Assembly (NCBI GenBank): GCA_022605425.2 | Contig: CM061256.1 | Coordinates: 1 to 64,000, forward strand | Direction of reading: 5' to 3' | Source: Hamiltosporidium tvaerminnensis FI-OER-3-3 | Lineage: Eukaryota; Fungi; Microsporidia | Length of the DNA stretch: 64,000 bases | Shown: positions 12,401-24,799 of the stretch, one piece after another | Layout: each line of letters starts with the position of its first letter | Position numbering within the stretch: the first letter of the stretch is position 1 | Translations under genes and position numbers: made by a program | Notes under the pieces: model-generated | What the model saw: the letters and a program-made list of their open reading frames with translations, nothing else | Told to the model about the DNA's origin: nothing | The model's database searches: none

Positions 12401-13410
12401 TAATCTCCAAAATTACTTATTAATACCTCCACTGCAATCTTCTCCAATTCCTTTCTATTCAAACAAGCACAAGTATTTTCCTGTGTAGGTTTACCAAACG
12501 AATAAACATCTTCCATAAAATTACAATTCTCTTCTCTAATCTTACAAACATACGAATCATTTAATAAATTATTATTTTTATTTATCAATTCCCCCAAATT
12601 TATATAAAAAGGTATTTTACTCAACGAATATTTAGCAAACACAGGTTGAAAATAAGAAATTATGTGATAAATTTCATTACCAAACGGAACAGAAATCGTT
12701 TTTTTATAAAAAGTAAAAATATCATTATTTTTATAAAAAGATCTATTTAGAGACACCAAAGTGACAGCAAGTGATTCATCAGTATTTGTATTTGGATTAT
12801 TTTTTGTATTTGGATTATTATTATTTGTATTGGTATTTGATTTATTATCTTCATTCTTACCTCTATTCTTAGATTCATCTTTATTATATTTACTATTCTC
12901 ATTCTTATTCTCATCTTTATTATATTTACTATTCTCATTCTTATCTTCATTCTTATTCTCATCTTTACTATATTTATTATTCTCTTTCTCATATTTCTCA
13001 TCTTTACCATTCTTATTATTCTCATATTTCTCATTCTCATCTCTATTATTCTCATCTCTATTATTCTCATATTTCTCATCTCTATTATTCTCATTCTCAC
13101 TTATATCAGATATACTGCTATAAATACTACTGTTATACTTTTTAAGTCCTGTTTTACTGAGATGTTGTGGTACTTCTTTATACATTAAAAACTTACCAAC
13201 AATCATACTTGGTGACCATATTTTACCATCTGTCCATCTTTTAATACCACTTTTACTTTCTACAAAGCAATATATACATCCACTTCGTATTTCTTTTCTT
13301 TCAGAAATAGAAAGTCTTGATTTAGTTATTGGTAATAATCCTAAACGTATACCATGTACTATAAGAAGTGCTTCTTCGTAATCTGTGATGTAACCACGTA
13401 TTATTTTCAT
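12400..13410 (-). CDS. WOPR-domain (Gti1/Pac2, Wor1/Ryp1-like) transcription factor
   Basis: WOPRa: GYI....EALLIV..RLGLLP..RLS..ER..IRSGCIYCF.E..SGIKRWTDGKIWSPS..G.FLMYKE. WOPRb: FYKKTISV....IYHIISYF. The two are separated by an N/E/K/D low-complexity linker. Confidence 0.95.
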   Translation of the reverse strand: MKIIRGYITDYEEALLIVHGIRLGLLPITKSRLSISERKEIRSGCIYCFVESKSGIKRWTDGKIWSPSMIVGKFLMYKEVPQHLSKTGLKKYNSSIYSSISDISENENNRDEKYENNRDENNRDENEKYENNKNGKDEKYEKENNKYSKDENKNEDKNENSKYNKDENKNENSKYNKDESKNRGKNEDNKSNTNTNNNNPNTKNNPNTNTDESLAVTLVSLNRSFYKNNDIFTFYKKTISVPFGNEIYHIISYFQPVFAKYSLSKIPFYINLGELINKNNNLLNDSYVCKIREENCNFMEDVYSFGKPTQENTCACLNRKELEKIAVEVLISNFGD

Positions 13411-13906
13411 AGAGGGATTTTTTGTTTTAGAGTTTTTTTTTTAAATTTTTTTTTTATTTTTTTTTAAGTTAAAAATTAAATAGAGTTATTTTTTAAGTAT
13501 AACGGTAAAAGAAGAGGTAAATTGAAAAAAAAATATTGTTATTGAGTAAGGAGGGGTAATATTAATTTTAGAATATAATATAATTTTATGAAGTATAGTA
13601 ATATAATTTTTTGATATATAGTAATTTTAGAATATAATATAATTTTATGAAGTATAGTAATATTGATTTTAGAATGTAAAATGTAATAATAATGTAAAGT
13701 AATGGAGTAATATAATTTTATGATGTAAAGTAAGAAGTAATATAATTTTATGATGTAATAGAATAAAAAGTAATAGTACTATATAATACTATACTAGAAT
13801 ACTATACTATATAATACTTTGCTAGAATAAAGTATTTGATTTTAATATATTTTAGATTTTATATTTATTTTTTTAAAAATATCTTTTTTTTGATTAGAAG
13901 ATGTCT

Positions 13907-14130
13907 GATTTTTTTAGATTTTATTAAAAGAATAATAGAAATGTATTTTAAAAAGAGATTTTAATAAAATAATAGATTAATAGAAGAATTAATAGATTTT
14001 TTTAGATTTTATTAAAAGAATAATAGAAATGTATTTTAAAAAGAGATTTTAATAAAATAATAGATTAATAGAAGAATTAATAGATTTTTTTAGATTTTAT
14101 TAAAAGAATAATAGAAATGTATTTTAAAGC
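13907..14130. repeat. 88-bp AT-rich tandem repeat, ~2.4 copies
   Basis: TAGATTTTATTAAAAG recurs at 13915, 14003 and 14091. Confidence 0.85.
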
Positions 14131-14492
14131 GAGATTTTAATAGAATAATAGAAATGTATTTTAAATAGAATTAATAAAAATGTATTAAAAATAGAATTAA
14201 AAATAGAATTAATATAAATCAATAATATAAATCGAGATTTTAATAGAATAATAGAAATGTATTTTAAATAGAATTAAAAATAGAATTAATATAAATCAAT
14301 TTTAAAAAGAATTATTTTAAAAGAATTAATAGAAAAATAAAAGAATTTTTAAAAGAATTAATAGAATAATAAAAAGATATTAAAAATAGAATTAATAGAA
14401 AGATAAAAGAATTATTTTAATAGAATAAAAGATATTTTTAAGTTTCTTTATAGTTTCTTTAAGAATATTAAATTATTATATTTACTTAATAA

Positions 14493-14632
14493 AGAGATAT
14501 TATGGAGATATTATAGAGATATTATAGAGATATTATAGAGATATTATATAGAGATATTATAGAGATATTATAGAGATATTAAAGAGATATTATAGAGATA
14601 TTATAGAGATATTATAGAGATATTATAGAGAG
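14493..14632. repeat. 11-bp minisatellite (AGAGATATTAT) x ~12
   Basis: Read directly from the sequence. Confidence 0.92.
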
Positions 14633-15034
14633 TTATAATTATTTAAAAAGTTATAATTATTTAAAAAGTTAGTAAGAGATAAGAAAGTTAGTAATAAGTT
14701 TTACTTAGATATAAGTATAGATATAAGTATAGGTAGATTATATAATTTATATTTAAGAAGTGTATTTATAAGATTTTATGGTTTAATAGTAGATTTAAAT
14801 AAAATATAAAATATTTATAAAGAAAAGATTTTTAGTAGAAATTTTAATATAATTATAGGTTTAATGTAAAGAAGTATTTAAATTCTAATTAAAATATTAT
14901 TTATTAAGAAATTCTTATTTTTTTTAATAAATGTGTAAAGTATTTGTGTTTATGATTTTAGTGGTAATTAAAAAGAAAAAAATATTTGGAAATAATTTCT
15001 TTTTTATAAATATTCCTAGTCTTTATTTAAAAGT

Positions 15035-15755
15035 ATTACATCTATTTTAAAACAGTGGCAAGTGTTATATTTGTTTTCATGACATTAACGCAGTTCTAGG
15101 TTTAACATAAATGACTATTCTTAACATTTCATCGGTAACCCCTGTGATACCTACGTACCAAAGCCTTTCATCTACCAGGTGTGTAGAACCTAATTACTAG
15201 GCGAGGCAGTTGCCCGGAGTTCGTTAGTGCCGGTTGCATGGAGTGTGATTGAAGGTCGAAGCCCCCCCTGGGCTCCCCCAAGACTATGCAGCCTTCCCAC
15301 TTACTCTACACTTTCTGAACCCAATAAACTTCTAGCTAAGATATATTTCAGAGATTTACATGGGGTCCACCTAGACAGTGCAATGTCATACCAACAGGTA
15401 TAACCTGCTACTTAGCTCTCCCGGCTTTTAATGGGTTTTATTTTTATATATCCCAGGCGCTAAGTCTTCTAACCCGAGTGAGCAAGGCTAGGTTTCCATG
15501 CTTTTACATGGCAATTACCTACATGTTCAGCTGCGGTCTGCAATCTGGTTACATAAAAAACTACAAATAAATTCGTAGAAAAAGTTTCTCTATTTCGTAG
15601 ACCTCTCCTCTTCATAACAACTCTCATGGAACAACCGAAGATATAGTGTGGTTGTATTCCCACCAAAAATCCAAACAATGATCTCACACCAGTTTCACAC
15701 ACTCATTGCCAAGCAGAAAGTTTTTTATGTGGTTATCCTCCCTCCACCATTCAAA
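15035..15755 (-). other. ~720-bp GC-enriched, hairpin-rich dispersed non-coding element (best-preserved copy; strand is nominal)
   Basis: Sharp GC island with many local stems and no credible ORF. Diverged colinear copies occur elsewhere in the window. Confidence 0.75.
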
Positions 15756-16039
15756 TGTATTTTATAAAATATTATTTTTTAATGAAAAATTATTTTACAA
15801 TTATATTTTAACTTTTTAAATTATACTTTGATTAAATATATAATATAATACAGTTCAGAAGAAGTGATTTACTTTAAAAACTATATATTTAGCCTTTGTT
15901 TGGGTGAAAAAGACGTGTAAATTTTATTTTTAAATTTGAGGTGAAATAGAGGGCACCGTGTATTTTACTGCCCGGTGTGAATTATTATATAAGTGGAAAA
16001 CAAAAAATAGTAACATTTTTTACAAGATTATTTTAAATT

Positions 16040-16550
16040 TTACTTGATTGTAAACTAGAATTATAATTGCAGGCCATTTCTATGTAATTGCAGGAAAATA
16101 CAACCTTGCTTTTTAAACCGTGAGACTTTGTGTTTCAGAAATAATCTATTAAAGCATTTCTAAATCCAGAAAATATAGGACAGGTTATTCATGTCGGTAT
16201 GACATTTCCACGAAGTTAAGTGTAAATCAACGAGATATATCTTAAGTGGAAGTCCATTTAATTAAAAATCAGGGTGTTACCTCTATATAAGTTAATATTG
16301 AATTTGCAATAATTACTTTAAGTTTATGTATAATATTTAAATGCAGTTAAAAATATTGATTCCCGGGCTTTTGCTTTGTTTATTAGAAGTGCCTTGCCTC
16401 ATAAACCGTTATAATAAAAAGCTTTTTGATGTGAAGATCTTAGAATAACATATGAGTAAAAAGAGAACTATACCTTTTGATAAACCATCTAGAACAACTT
16501 TAAAGTCATGGAAGCAATATTGAATGTGGCACTTCTATCCAAAGATGCCA
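16040..16550 (+). repeat. Diverged inverted copy of the 720-bp element
   Basis: CAGGTTATTCATGTCGGTATGACATT vs CAGGTTATACCTGTTGGTATGACATT; CTAGAACAACTTTAAAGTCATGG vs CTAGAACTGCGTTAATGTCATGA. Confidence 0.8.
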
Positions 16551-16772
16551 TATTTGTTAAAATAAAAAATAGAAATACTATTTCAAAGTATAGAATATAC
16601 CAGTTTAAAATTTAAAATTAACAAATTAAAAAATAAAAAAGATTTTTGAAGGTTAAACGGAGAAAGACAGCAAATTTTTAATTTTGAAGAAATTAATTAA
16701 ATTTTTCAAATATATAATGAAGTTATATACATTCAGACTAGAAGAACTATTTAATAAAAAAGGAACAGAGAT

Positions 16773-18038
16773 TCATAAGGAGGCCATAATTTCTTTCATA
16801 TATTTACCGATTGTTTCTTCGTATTCATAACTAGCAAGAAGATCCCGAAAAACAAATCTCTCTTTAGTTATTTTCACTATCTTTGTTATTATCAAATCTT
16901 TATCAGATAATATTTCGAACTCTACTGCATCGTTAGAGGTAAAAGAACAAATCAAACCATATTTTCTCGTGTTTTCATTTGATTCCTTGAGAAAGAATTG
17001 AACTGAATATGGCAATCTTTGCCAGCTTAAATGTATTTTAATTTCTCTCCTATAACCCGGGGATCCAATCAATCCATCCGTAGAAAATTTACATTTACTT
17101 GAATATTCTTGTATAGATAGTAATTCAGTATTCAAAATGTTTTTTTCATTAAATAATTCTTGAATTTTTTCAGTAACGAATGTTTTTAAATTGCATTGTC
17201 TTTCATATTCACCTTCAACAAAACCATTCTCAAATCTCCAGGCAGCTTTTATTTTATAATTTGCTTTTAATGTCGAAAACAAGTTAAAACTTTTCTTTAA
17301 ATTTGCATCCAGATCATTTATAGGTTGAAATCCAGGCAATTTCCCGGATAATTTAATCTTAGTAGATAACACGGGTTTAAAGCGACCTAACAATAAACTA
17401 GCATGACCCATCAGGCTTTTATTCGGTAAATCGACAATATTTTTAAAACAAAATTCAGAATCAAATATCATAAACCTATAATTGGCATAGCTGTATTTAT
17501 AATAAAAGCCAGTCGTTCTAATTGAATCAGGATAATATTTTCTGAATACTAGGCTTAAATTAAATAAAAAACCCAGTAGAATTCTTATTGCCTTGTTTTT
17601 TAAAAATATGTGTTTTTCTTTGATCGTGCCGGTCTTATTCTCTTTATTTTTATATTTTATTCCGAACATAAAATCATTATTTTCAAGCTTATTAAGAGTA
17701 AAGAAATATATATTATCTGGAATAGATCTTGCTCGTTGTTTACAACAAATATATTCTAGAAATATATTGAAATTTCTTGAAGCGGATGAATTTATATAAT
17801 TACATACAAGGTGATTCATTTCAGGAGAAAGTATAGGTTTCTCTAGCTTTATATCATAAAAATCGGAATTAGAAAACCTTCTCATAGTTTTTTCTTTCCA
17901 TTCATAAATTTCTTTTAATGATTCTGTGAGCTTTTCATTTAAATCATCAACAGTGTATAAATTTCCCTTCAGCAAAAACATAAATAACAAATTAAAAACA
18001 GGAAAGTATGTTCGCAATTTCTTAATGAATAATAGCAT
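16773..18038 (-). CDS. Subtelomeric multigene family member 1 (intact, putatively secreted, ~421 aa)
   Basis: Family motifs FSNSDFYDI.L, YRFMIFDSEFCF, TKIKLSGKLP, YKIKAAWRF. Start set at MLLFIKK (18038) by alignment with paralogue starts and the shared promoter. Confidence 0.88.
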   Translation of the reverse strand: MLLFIKKLRTYFPVFNLLFMFLLKGNLYTVDDLNEKLTESLKEIYEWKEKTMRRFSNSDFYDIKLEKPILSPEMNHLVCNYINSSASRNFNIFLEYICCKQRARSIPDNIYFFTLNKLENNDFMFGIKYKNKENKTGTIKEKHIFLKNKAIRILLGFLFNLSLVFRKYYPDSIRTTGFYYKYSYANYRFMIFDSEFCFKNIVDLPNKSLMGHASLLLGRFKPVLSTKIKLSGKLPGFQPINDLDANLKKSFNLFSTLKANYKIKAAWRFENGFVEGEYERQCNLKTFVTEKIQELFNEKNILNTELLSIQEYSSKCKFSTDGLIGSPGYRREIKIHLSWQRLPYSVQFFLKESNENTRKYGLICSFTSNDAVEFEILSDKDLIITKIVKITKERFVFRDLLASYEYEETIGKYMKEIMASL

Positions 18039-18254
18039 AATGATGGAAACCGAATTTTTTAAATACTTATAAAACATAATTTAATCAGATAAAATCAAAG
18101 AATTAAATAGACAAATTAAATAAATTAATTAAAAAAGTTGTAATTTTTGGTAAATAGTTCATTTATGTTCGATTATTGGAAATTTTTATCTGTGTAAATA
18201 GATTAAATTACATTACTTTAAAAATTTCTGGAACAATACAAAAATAATTTGTTA

Positions 18255-18915
18255 GAACAAGATAACCACAATAAAAACCATCTGATTCCTAAGGAGTATG
18301 TAAAAAAATATGTAAATGGTTGTTTATATTTGCAGCAGATGAAATTCTACTAAATTTTCGGTTTTTGTTGTAGAAATTCGTGTAAGATAGAATAACCTAA
18401 AAAAGCAGTAACAATTTTCCACAACATTTATTCTCGTCTTTTCACCAATCAGATTATGAACTAGGATTGAAATTATAAGTAATTGAGATGAAAAATGTTG
18501 AAGACTTGGCCTGTCTCATTCGGATGCAAAACAATAAACCGCAGAGATAAAATCAACCTTGGAAAATTCGGAATGGCCAAATATGGCAGTATAATTACCT
18601 TTAGGAATTTATTCGCCTAAGTAGACTCTGTGTACACAATTTCGTAGCTTGGCTCGTATCCTACTTAGCTTAAAAAGATTTCAAAGTGAAAATACGGCGT
18701 CTTTAAAGGCCGTGGGTGTAGTTTAATCTGTAAAAATGTACCTGCTAACGAATACCAAAGAAATATAAACTATATCTGCCTTTTGTATGGCTTTAGCAAT
18801 TTTAGACCAAAGCTTTGTTGAGTAGATATCGCAGGGTTATAGTTGATGTAAAGACCAACCGGTTAGATTTGCTACAAGTAGAACACCGTAAATTGCTTCA
18901 AAAAGATGTAATATA
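18255..18915 (+). repeat. Diverged near full-length copy of the 720-bp element
   Basis: Begins GATAACCACA, contains AAAGCTTTGTTGAGTAGATATCGCAGGGTTA and ends AGATGTAATA, as in the reference copy. Confidence 0.65.
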
Positions 18916-21900
18916 TGCCTATTTTGTAATAAATTTAAACAAAATTATTAATCAATCAAATATATAGTTCAAACATTTATTTCATTTTCTATAATTAAAT
19001 TCGATTTAGAAAATATATTGTATTTTGTCACATTAAATATGTAAGACTTTTTTACTTTTAAAACTTGTACATTGAAAAGAATTGTTAGTAATCTAAGAAG
19101 ATAAATTAAGCATAGCCACATTAGTATTTGCTGGGTAATGAAATCGTAGGAAAATTATTGTTGGGATTTTAAGTGTGATAAATTTCGTAAAGGATCTATA
19201 GGCTAACCTCCCATATTACAGAATTATAACTGATTTAAAAAAAATAGGGAAAATATTAGTTTAGTTCCAAAATCAACGACTAAAAGTACAAACCCGAATA
19301 CGACTTATTTAACATAAAATCAGGGTTTTCATTGGGAATTTGAATGACCGGTAAATTTTGAAATAATTGGACTTCTTATAAGCGGCTTTCGTTGAAAGAG
19401 AAACAGAGCCAGTTTAGGGTAGAAAAATGACAACTACAAGTAATTTGGCTTTCCATTTTTTCTCCTTCGGCACGAGAAATAAATGAGCAACAGAACGCGT
19501 AAGTGAATAATTTAAAAATTAGTTATATAGAAGTCGAATATGAATGTTTTTTTCGAAAACAGAGTAATGAAAATCAGACGGTATTCTAAGATTTTATAAA
19601 GAATCCTGGGTGAATTATCATATTTGTTCTTATATATCTTTCATTATCACAGTTAAAACTTGAATATAAATCTAATACCATGCAAATAAATGAACGAAAA
19701 GAAAATCTTTGTTGTTTTGTAGGCAAAATCTTGCAAGATAAATTATAATCTTTAATCATAAATTTAATAGAGGAGATTTTTATTTAAATTATATTCATCG
19801 TCACATTGCTCTGTCTTATATTATCCCCTATGTTTTCTTATTTGATCTTTTCCAAAATTTCCTCCTCTTCTAGGTCTATGTTTTTTGGAAATTTTAGGTA
19901 TAAGTTCGAAAAAAAATGGTAAATTCTCCTGGTTGTTTTTTGGCGCTATATTCCAACTTTTAACTATATAAGTCGTTTATATATTTGTTTTTCGTGTACC
20001 ATTTCCCTTTATATAAGATATACGTCATCTTTATTAGCTCTCTTCGACTTTAATCTTCAAATCCGAATCACATTTTGATTTTTATACTGTTTTAACATTC
20101 TTTTTTCCTCCATCGACTAGATTTATGCTAAAAAGACATTGTTAGCTGAAACTTTTAGTCTTATTTAAATAAAATTTTGGTTTAGTTGCATTTGCTGCGT
20201 CTCCTAAGAAATTATTTTATACCAATTAGATAGATAAAATGAATAAATAGCAAATGATATCGACTCTCATAGATATCTTACTTTCAAAATTTATAAAGAA
20301 TTTTTATTAAATAATTACAATTTTTCTTAAAATAATTGTACTCAATTTGATTTTCAAAGCTAATATATTTAGCCTTTAGTTGAAAGATATAAATTGTTTT
20401 TGAGTTTGGTTTCGTTTTTTTTTCTACCTACAACCAGTAGAGATCTAACCAATGGAGTAATTTATAATTGGTTTGAAAACATTTGTTTATAGTTATTTTG
20501 TAAAAAAAATTCTGAAGATGAATTTTGATTAAGATGCTTCAAATAGGTATCATGCGCTTTTTTCCTAATCTAAATTTCTAGAATTAATAAAAATAATAAT
20601 CTCAGCGGTTTAAACTTTTTATTCCACTGTAGCATGCTTTGAAATATCAATGAAGCAAAAAATTACTTCATTACGAGAGGTATTTTTTTTCTCCACCTTG
20701 CAGAATTACTGATATTCACTAACTAATTTTTTTGATGATTATATGAAATAGGATTTACTTTCAACTATTGATTTCGGTTATATATTTACATTTAGAAGAA
20801 TTCTAAATATATAAGTCATGTTTCCTTTCTATTTTCTACTTTAAGATCTTTTTTTTATAATTTAAGAATAATTCTATACAGCTTTGCCAAACAACAGAAA
20901 ATATCTCTAAGAAATGCCTTTATTTAGCAAATCTCATTCACTCTTAAATTATTTCTTTTGTAATGAACTAAACTGAAGAAAGTTAGTTTATATCTAAAAT
21001 TCAATTCGCTTGCACGTAAAAAAAGATATTAAATATTTCGTTTCATATAGCCTAAATGGTAAATGAAATATTTTAAAGATTCTTTGTTTAAAATTATATT
21101 CTCTAATCAGACTGAAAAATTCAATTTGTCTTTTCTAGCTTCGATTTTTAAAAAAAAGATTGTATTTCAAACTTTCCTAAGTACAATCATATATCTTTAA
21201 ATTAATTTCTAATCTTTCTAGTTTACAATAGAATTCTTAAAATATTAAATTTCCAAACTAAGCTTTTATTCAAGAGTTGAAAAGCCTCAAAGTTTTATAC
21301 AGTAGAAGTCTTAATCATGGTTATCGGTCTTCTAATTTCATGTTTTCAATTCAATTTTCGAAATTTCGATTAAAAATATTTCATCTTGTCAATTATTACC
21401 AAATAAGACATCAATAATATTTAACCGATGAGTAAAATATATGTATTTTTATAGTATTTCTATTTTTATATCTATATATTAAGAACATCATATCACATAT
21501 TTACAGGTAAAAGGAATAATAATTAATTATAAATTAAAAAATCAAAGTTTAAGGTTTGGTTATCATTTAATATATTTCTTATTAACTTACAATAGGTTAT
21601 AACTTATTTATTATTTAATTGTATTTAATATTTTGAAATTTAAATTTCGTTTGTAGGATTTTATATTTGGTAAACAACAGATAAACTATTGAAAACACAA
21701 AAGAAAATTTTTTTCTTTAAAATTTAATTATTTTTTAAAGATAAATAATATATTAATGACTTCTCTTCAAGAAAAAAAATATATTTAATTCAAATTTAAG
21801 CTTTATTTCATAAAAATTCTTAAAATATATTTTAATATCTAAATTCTTCTGTAGTCTGACTCTAAATTTAATAACAGAAAAATATATTTCTTTCGAATCG

Positions 21901-24799
21901 AGTATGTATTTATTTTAAAATTACATGAAAAAGTTAAAAAAAATGTATTCAGTCTTAAAGAGAATTGAGTACCTATTAACAGCGTATAAGTAATTGCATT
22001 CTTTAAATTATACGATTAAATAAACAGGACGCTTTTATTAATCTTTCTTTGAGTTTTTAAATCCAATCATAACACAAAGTTAAATTTTTTTCTTTAGTAA
22101 TTTACACTTTAAAATTTATTCTGAATATTTTTTAAAAATTTAAGTCGAAAATAAAGACTTTATAAGTAAAAAAACGAAAGAGACAAAAAAAATCGGGATT
22201 TACGCAAGAAAATATGTTTAAATTTTATTATTTATGTCATTTTTTCATTGTTTTAGTATAAAAATTATATCTAACTTCCCTGAATATTTTCTAAGATTTC
22301 TCATTTCTTTTCCTACATAAAAAGAAATAAAATATAAGCAGCGTTTATGGTAGAAGAGCTATAAAAACATTGAACCGTGTAGTGATCTAATAATACTTTT
22401 ATAAAAGAAAAATATATTGTACAATCAGTTGAGGATTTTTAAAATATAAATTAAAAAGTCAAAATATAGTCTATTGTGATATTCAAATCTAAGGTCGTTT
22501 TCATATATGAATCTTTTGCTTATTGGATGTAAAAAAAGAGCCAAGCGGAACATTTTATTAAAGAGAACCAAATTATAAACACCCGGTTGTCTTTAAATTA
22601 AAATATTAAAAAGAAATTAGATTTTATTATTATTTTGGTTTTTAAAAACGCGTGAGATTAATACCGGATAGATTTGATATTGAATTTAGCCAAATGGTTT
22701 TAGTATCATTTTAATCGAGTCTTTTATATCGATTAATGTGTCAATAGCGTTTATTGCTACAAAAGTTAAGGTGTAAGAAGGATTCAGAAATATTTATTTT
22801 CAAAAAATACTCTTCTTTTACATCAATTTTATGGTTTTAAAAGCAGATTTTTGTCTATGATATTTAAAGAAATAGAAATTTTTAAAATTTTGAAAAATAA
22901 AACATTATTTAGGCGTAACTTAAAATTCTGTTTTTTTGGGTCTCAGAGGTAGTTTAATAAATTCGTTTAATTTTAGAAAAAATGTATTTAGCATTTCCTT
23001 GTTCACAAAACTAATTATGTTCTCATTTCCAATACCTTATTTTATTCCTAAATCAGTTCATATAGAGAATGGAAAAGTTTTGGCAAATACTGTACATAAG
23101 TTAAATGATACAATAATTTTTTATATTTATAGTCAAAAGCATAGAACTCATTCTTTGAAGATGATTTAAGTATAATCAGATCAAACTAATATACCAAGTT
23201 AAATACAAGAGGATCATAATTAAAATAAGAGCAGATCTACAAAGAAACCACAATTTTTAGGAAATACATTTTCATATTTTAGCTCTAAAAAACATATAGT
23301 ACCTAAGACAAGCTTTTTTAAGATAAAACTATTGTATATCAAACAAATATTATCTGTGTCTTTCATGGTTTCAGAAAAAAAGATTTTGCTTTACATTAGA
23401 AGCTTTTATGTTCCAAGAAATTTATATTGTTCTTTTAATTGTCATTGCGCCTCATAAATCCTTTTTATACTGCATCATTTGAATTTAGTTTCATATTCAA
23501 GTGTATCGTAGAAAACTTTGCAGGTCCTTGTAAATAGATTTCGTTTTAAATGTTTTATTTGCTTCAAATAAAATTATAAGCCAAATGGTTCGGAAATAAT
23601 AAATAAACATGTTATTATGATATCAGGAGGTGTTATCGGCATCTTGTTTTCGTAAACAGAACCAGTTGGTGTAATTTTAAATAGATATTATTGAGACACC
23701 AAGTCGTATAAATATATAGCGAAACTTTTAATTTGATATTTACATTGATTGAATTTATAATTCGAGTAAAAAAAAATGAAGTTTATCCACAACTAAAGTA
23801 AACATTTTTATACTTTCATATATTATTTTGTAATTTTTGAAATTTAAGAAGATCATAAATTAAAGATTATATTCGTAAGTCAATAAATGATAGTAATTTA
23901 AGCAGAGGAAATATCAATGAGAATTAGAAACTAGAAATTAAAATTTTTTAAACAAAGCGAACAGCTTTATTTAATCTGAAATGTCTATTTTTCAACAACA
24001 TTAGACAGATTTCAGCTTTAATTTATATCCAAGAGATATGTGGATAAATTTTAGAGGCGAATACTTTTTATCCGTGTAGCTATAACTGTGGAAACATAAG
24101 AAACAAAAAGTTATGCTTCTTTTTATACACGAATGGCAAATTGGTTCAAAAATTTTTCTTTGCAAATATATTGACTAGATTCCTGTTTATAATGCAAATT
24201 ACATTCATTATGTATTAAAGATTAAAGATTAGTAATAAGTATTTATATATATACTGCTTTTTATAAGATTGTTTACCAAGCCACATGATAAATTCATTAA
24301 GAAAGATTAAACATCTATTCATGGTTATAATTTAAACATATTACATTCAATTTAGTTACAACAAGTCTCTTATATATTGTAATTCTTTTCATGTACTGTT
24401 GAAGGATTTTTATTTAATTACTTTATTAGGTACATTTTTAGCTGTGTTTTTAGAAAAATTTTATAGCCTATAATTGTTTGTTGCGTCATAAACTTTGCTT
24501 CTGGTTTCCTTTGTCATTTTTTAAAAACCGCTGTGCTTTAGCAATTTGATTCGTTTCAATATAATTTATTTTAAAAAAAGGTTATTTTACAAACAAGATT
24601 ATATAATTTCATTTTGTAATGACAACAAACTTGTTTATAATAAGAATATTTATTAAAATAGAAATATAATATGAAAATTGTTTTGGTTAGAATAAAACTG
24701 TCTAATAGAAAAACTAAATCTTACAGATATAACTTAGAAAAACAAAAATACTACATACTTTGCTGATATTAAGCAAATTAAACAAAAATTTGAGGCTTG

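Noticed and set aside
12747-13123. Overlapping ORFs within the WOPR linker
   Set aside because: Alternative-frame and antisense shadows of low-complexity coding repeats.
15469-15475. Telomerase RNA template (CTAACCC) in the GC island
   Set aside because: Only 7 nt, short of the usual ~1.5 repeats, not kept in the 56.9 kb copy, and the element is multicopy. Not formally excluded.
15035-15755. Group I intron, HDV-like or hammerhead ribozyme, or the 77-aa ORF 15469-15702
   Set aside because: Isolated lookalikes (CCGCAGC, ATAGTC, CCTCGC) could not be assembled into the required order and pairing. The ORF starts with GTG and is not evident in the other copies.
18039-18077. Upstream ATG or short intron at the start of family member 1
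   Set aside because: The equivalent position is ATA in member 4, there is no consistent GT..AG across paralogues, and the segment is the shared promoter.
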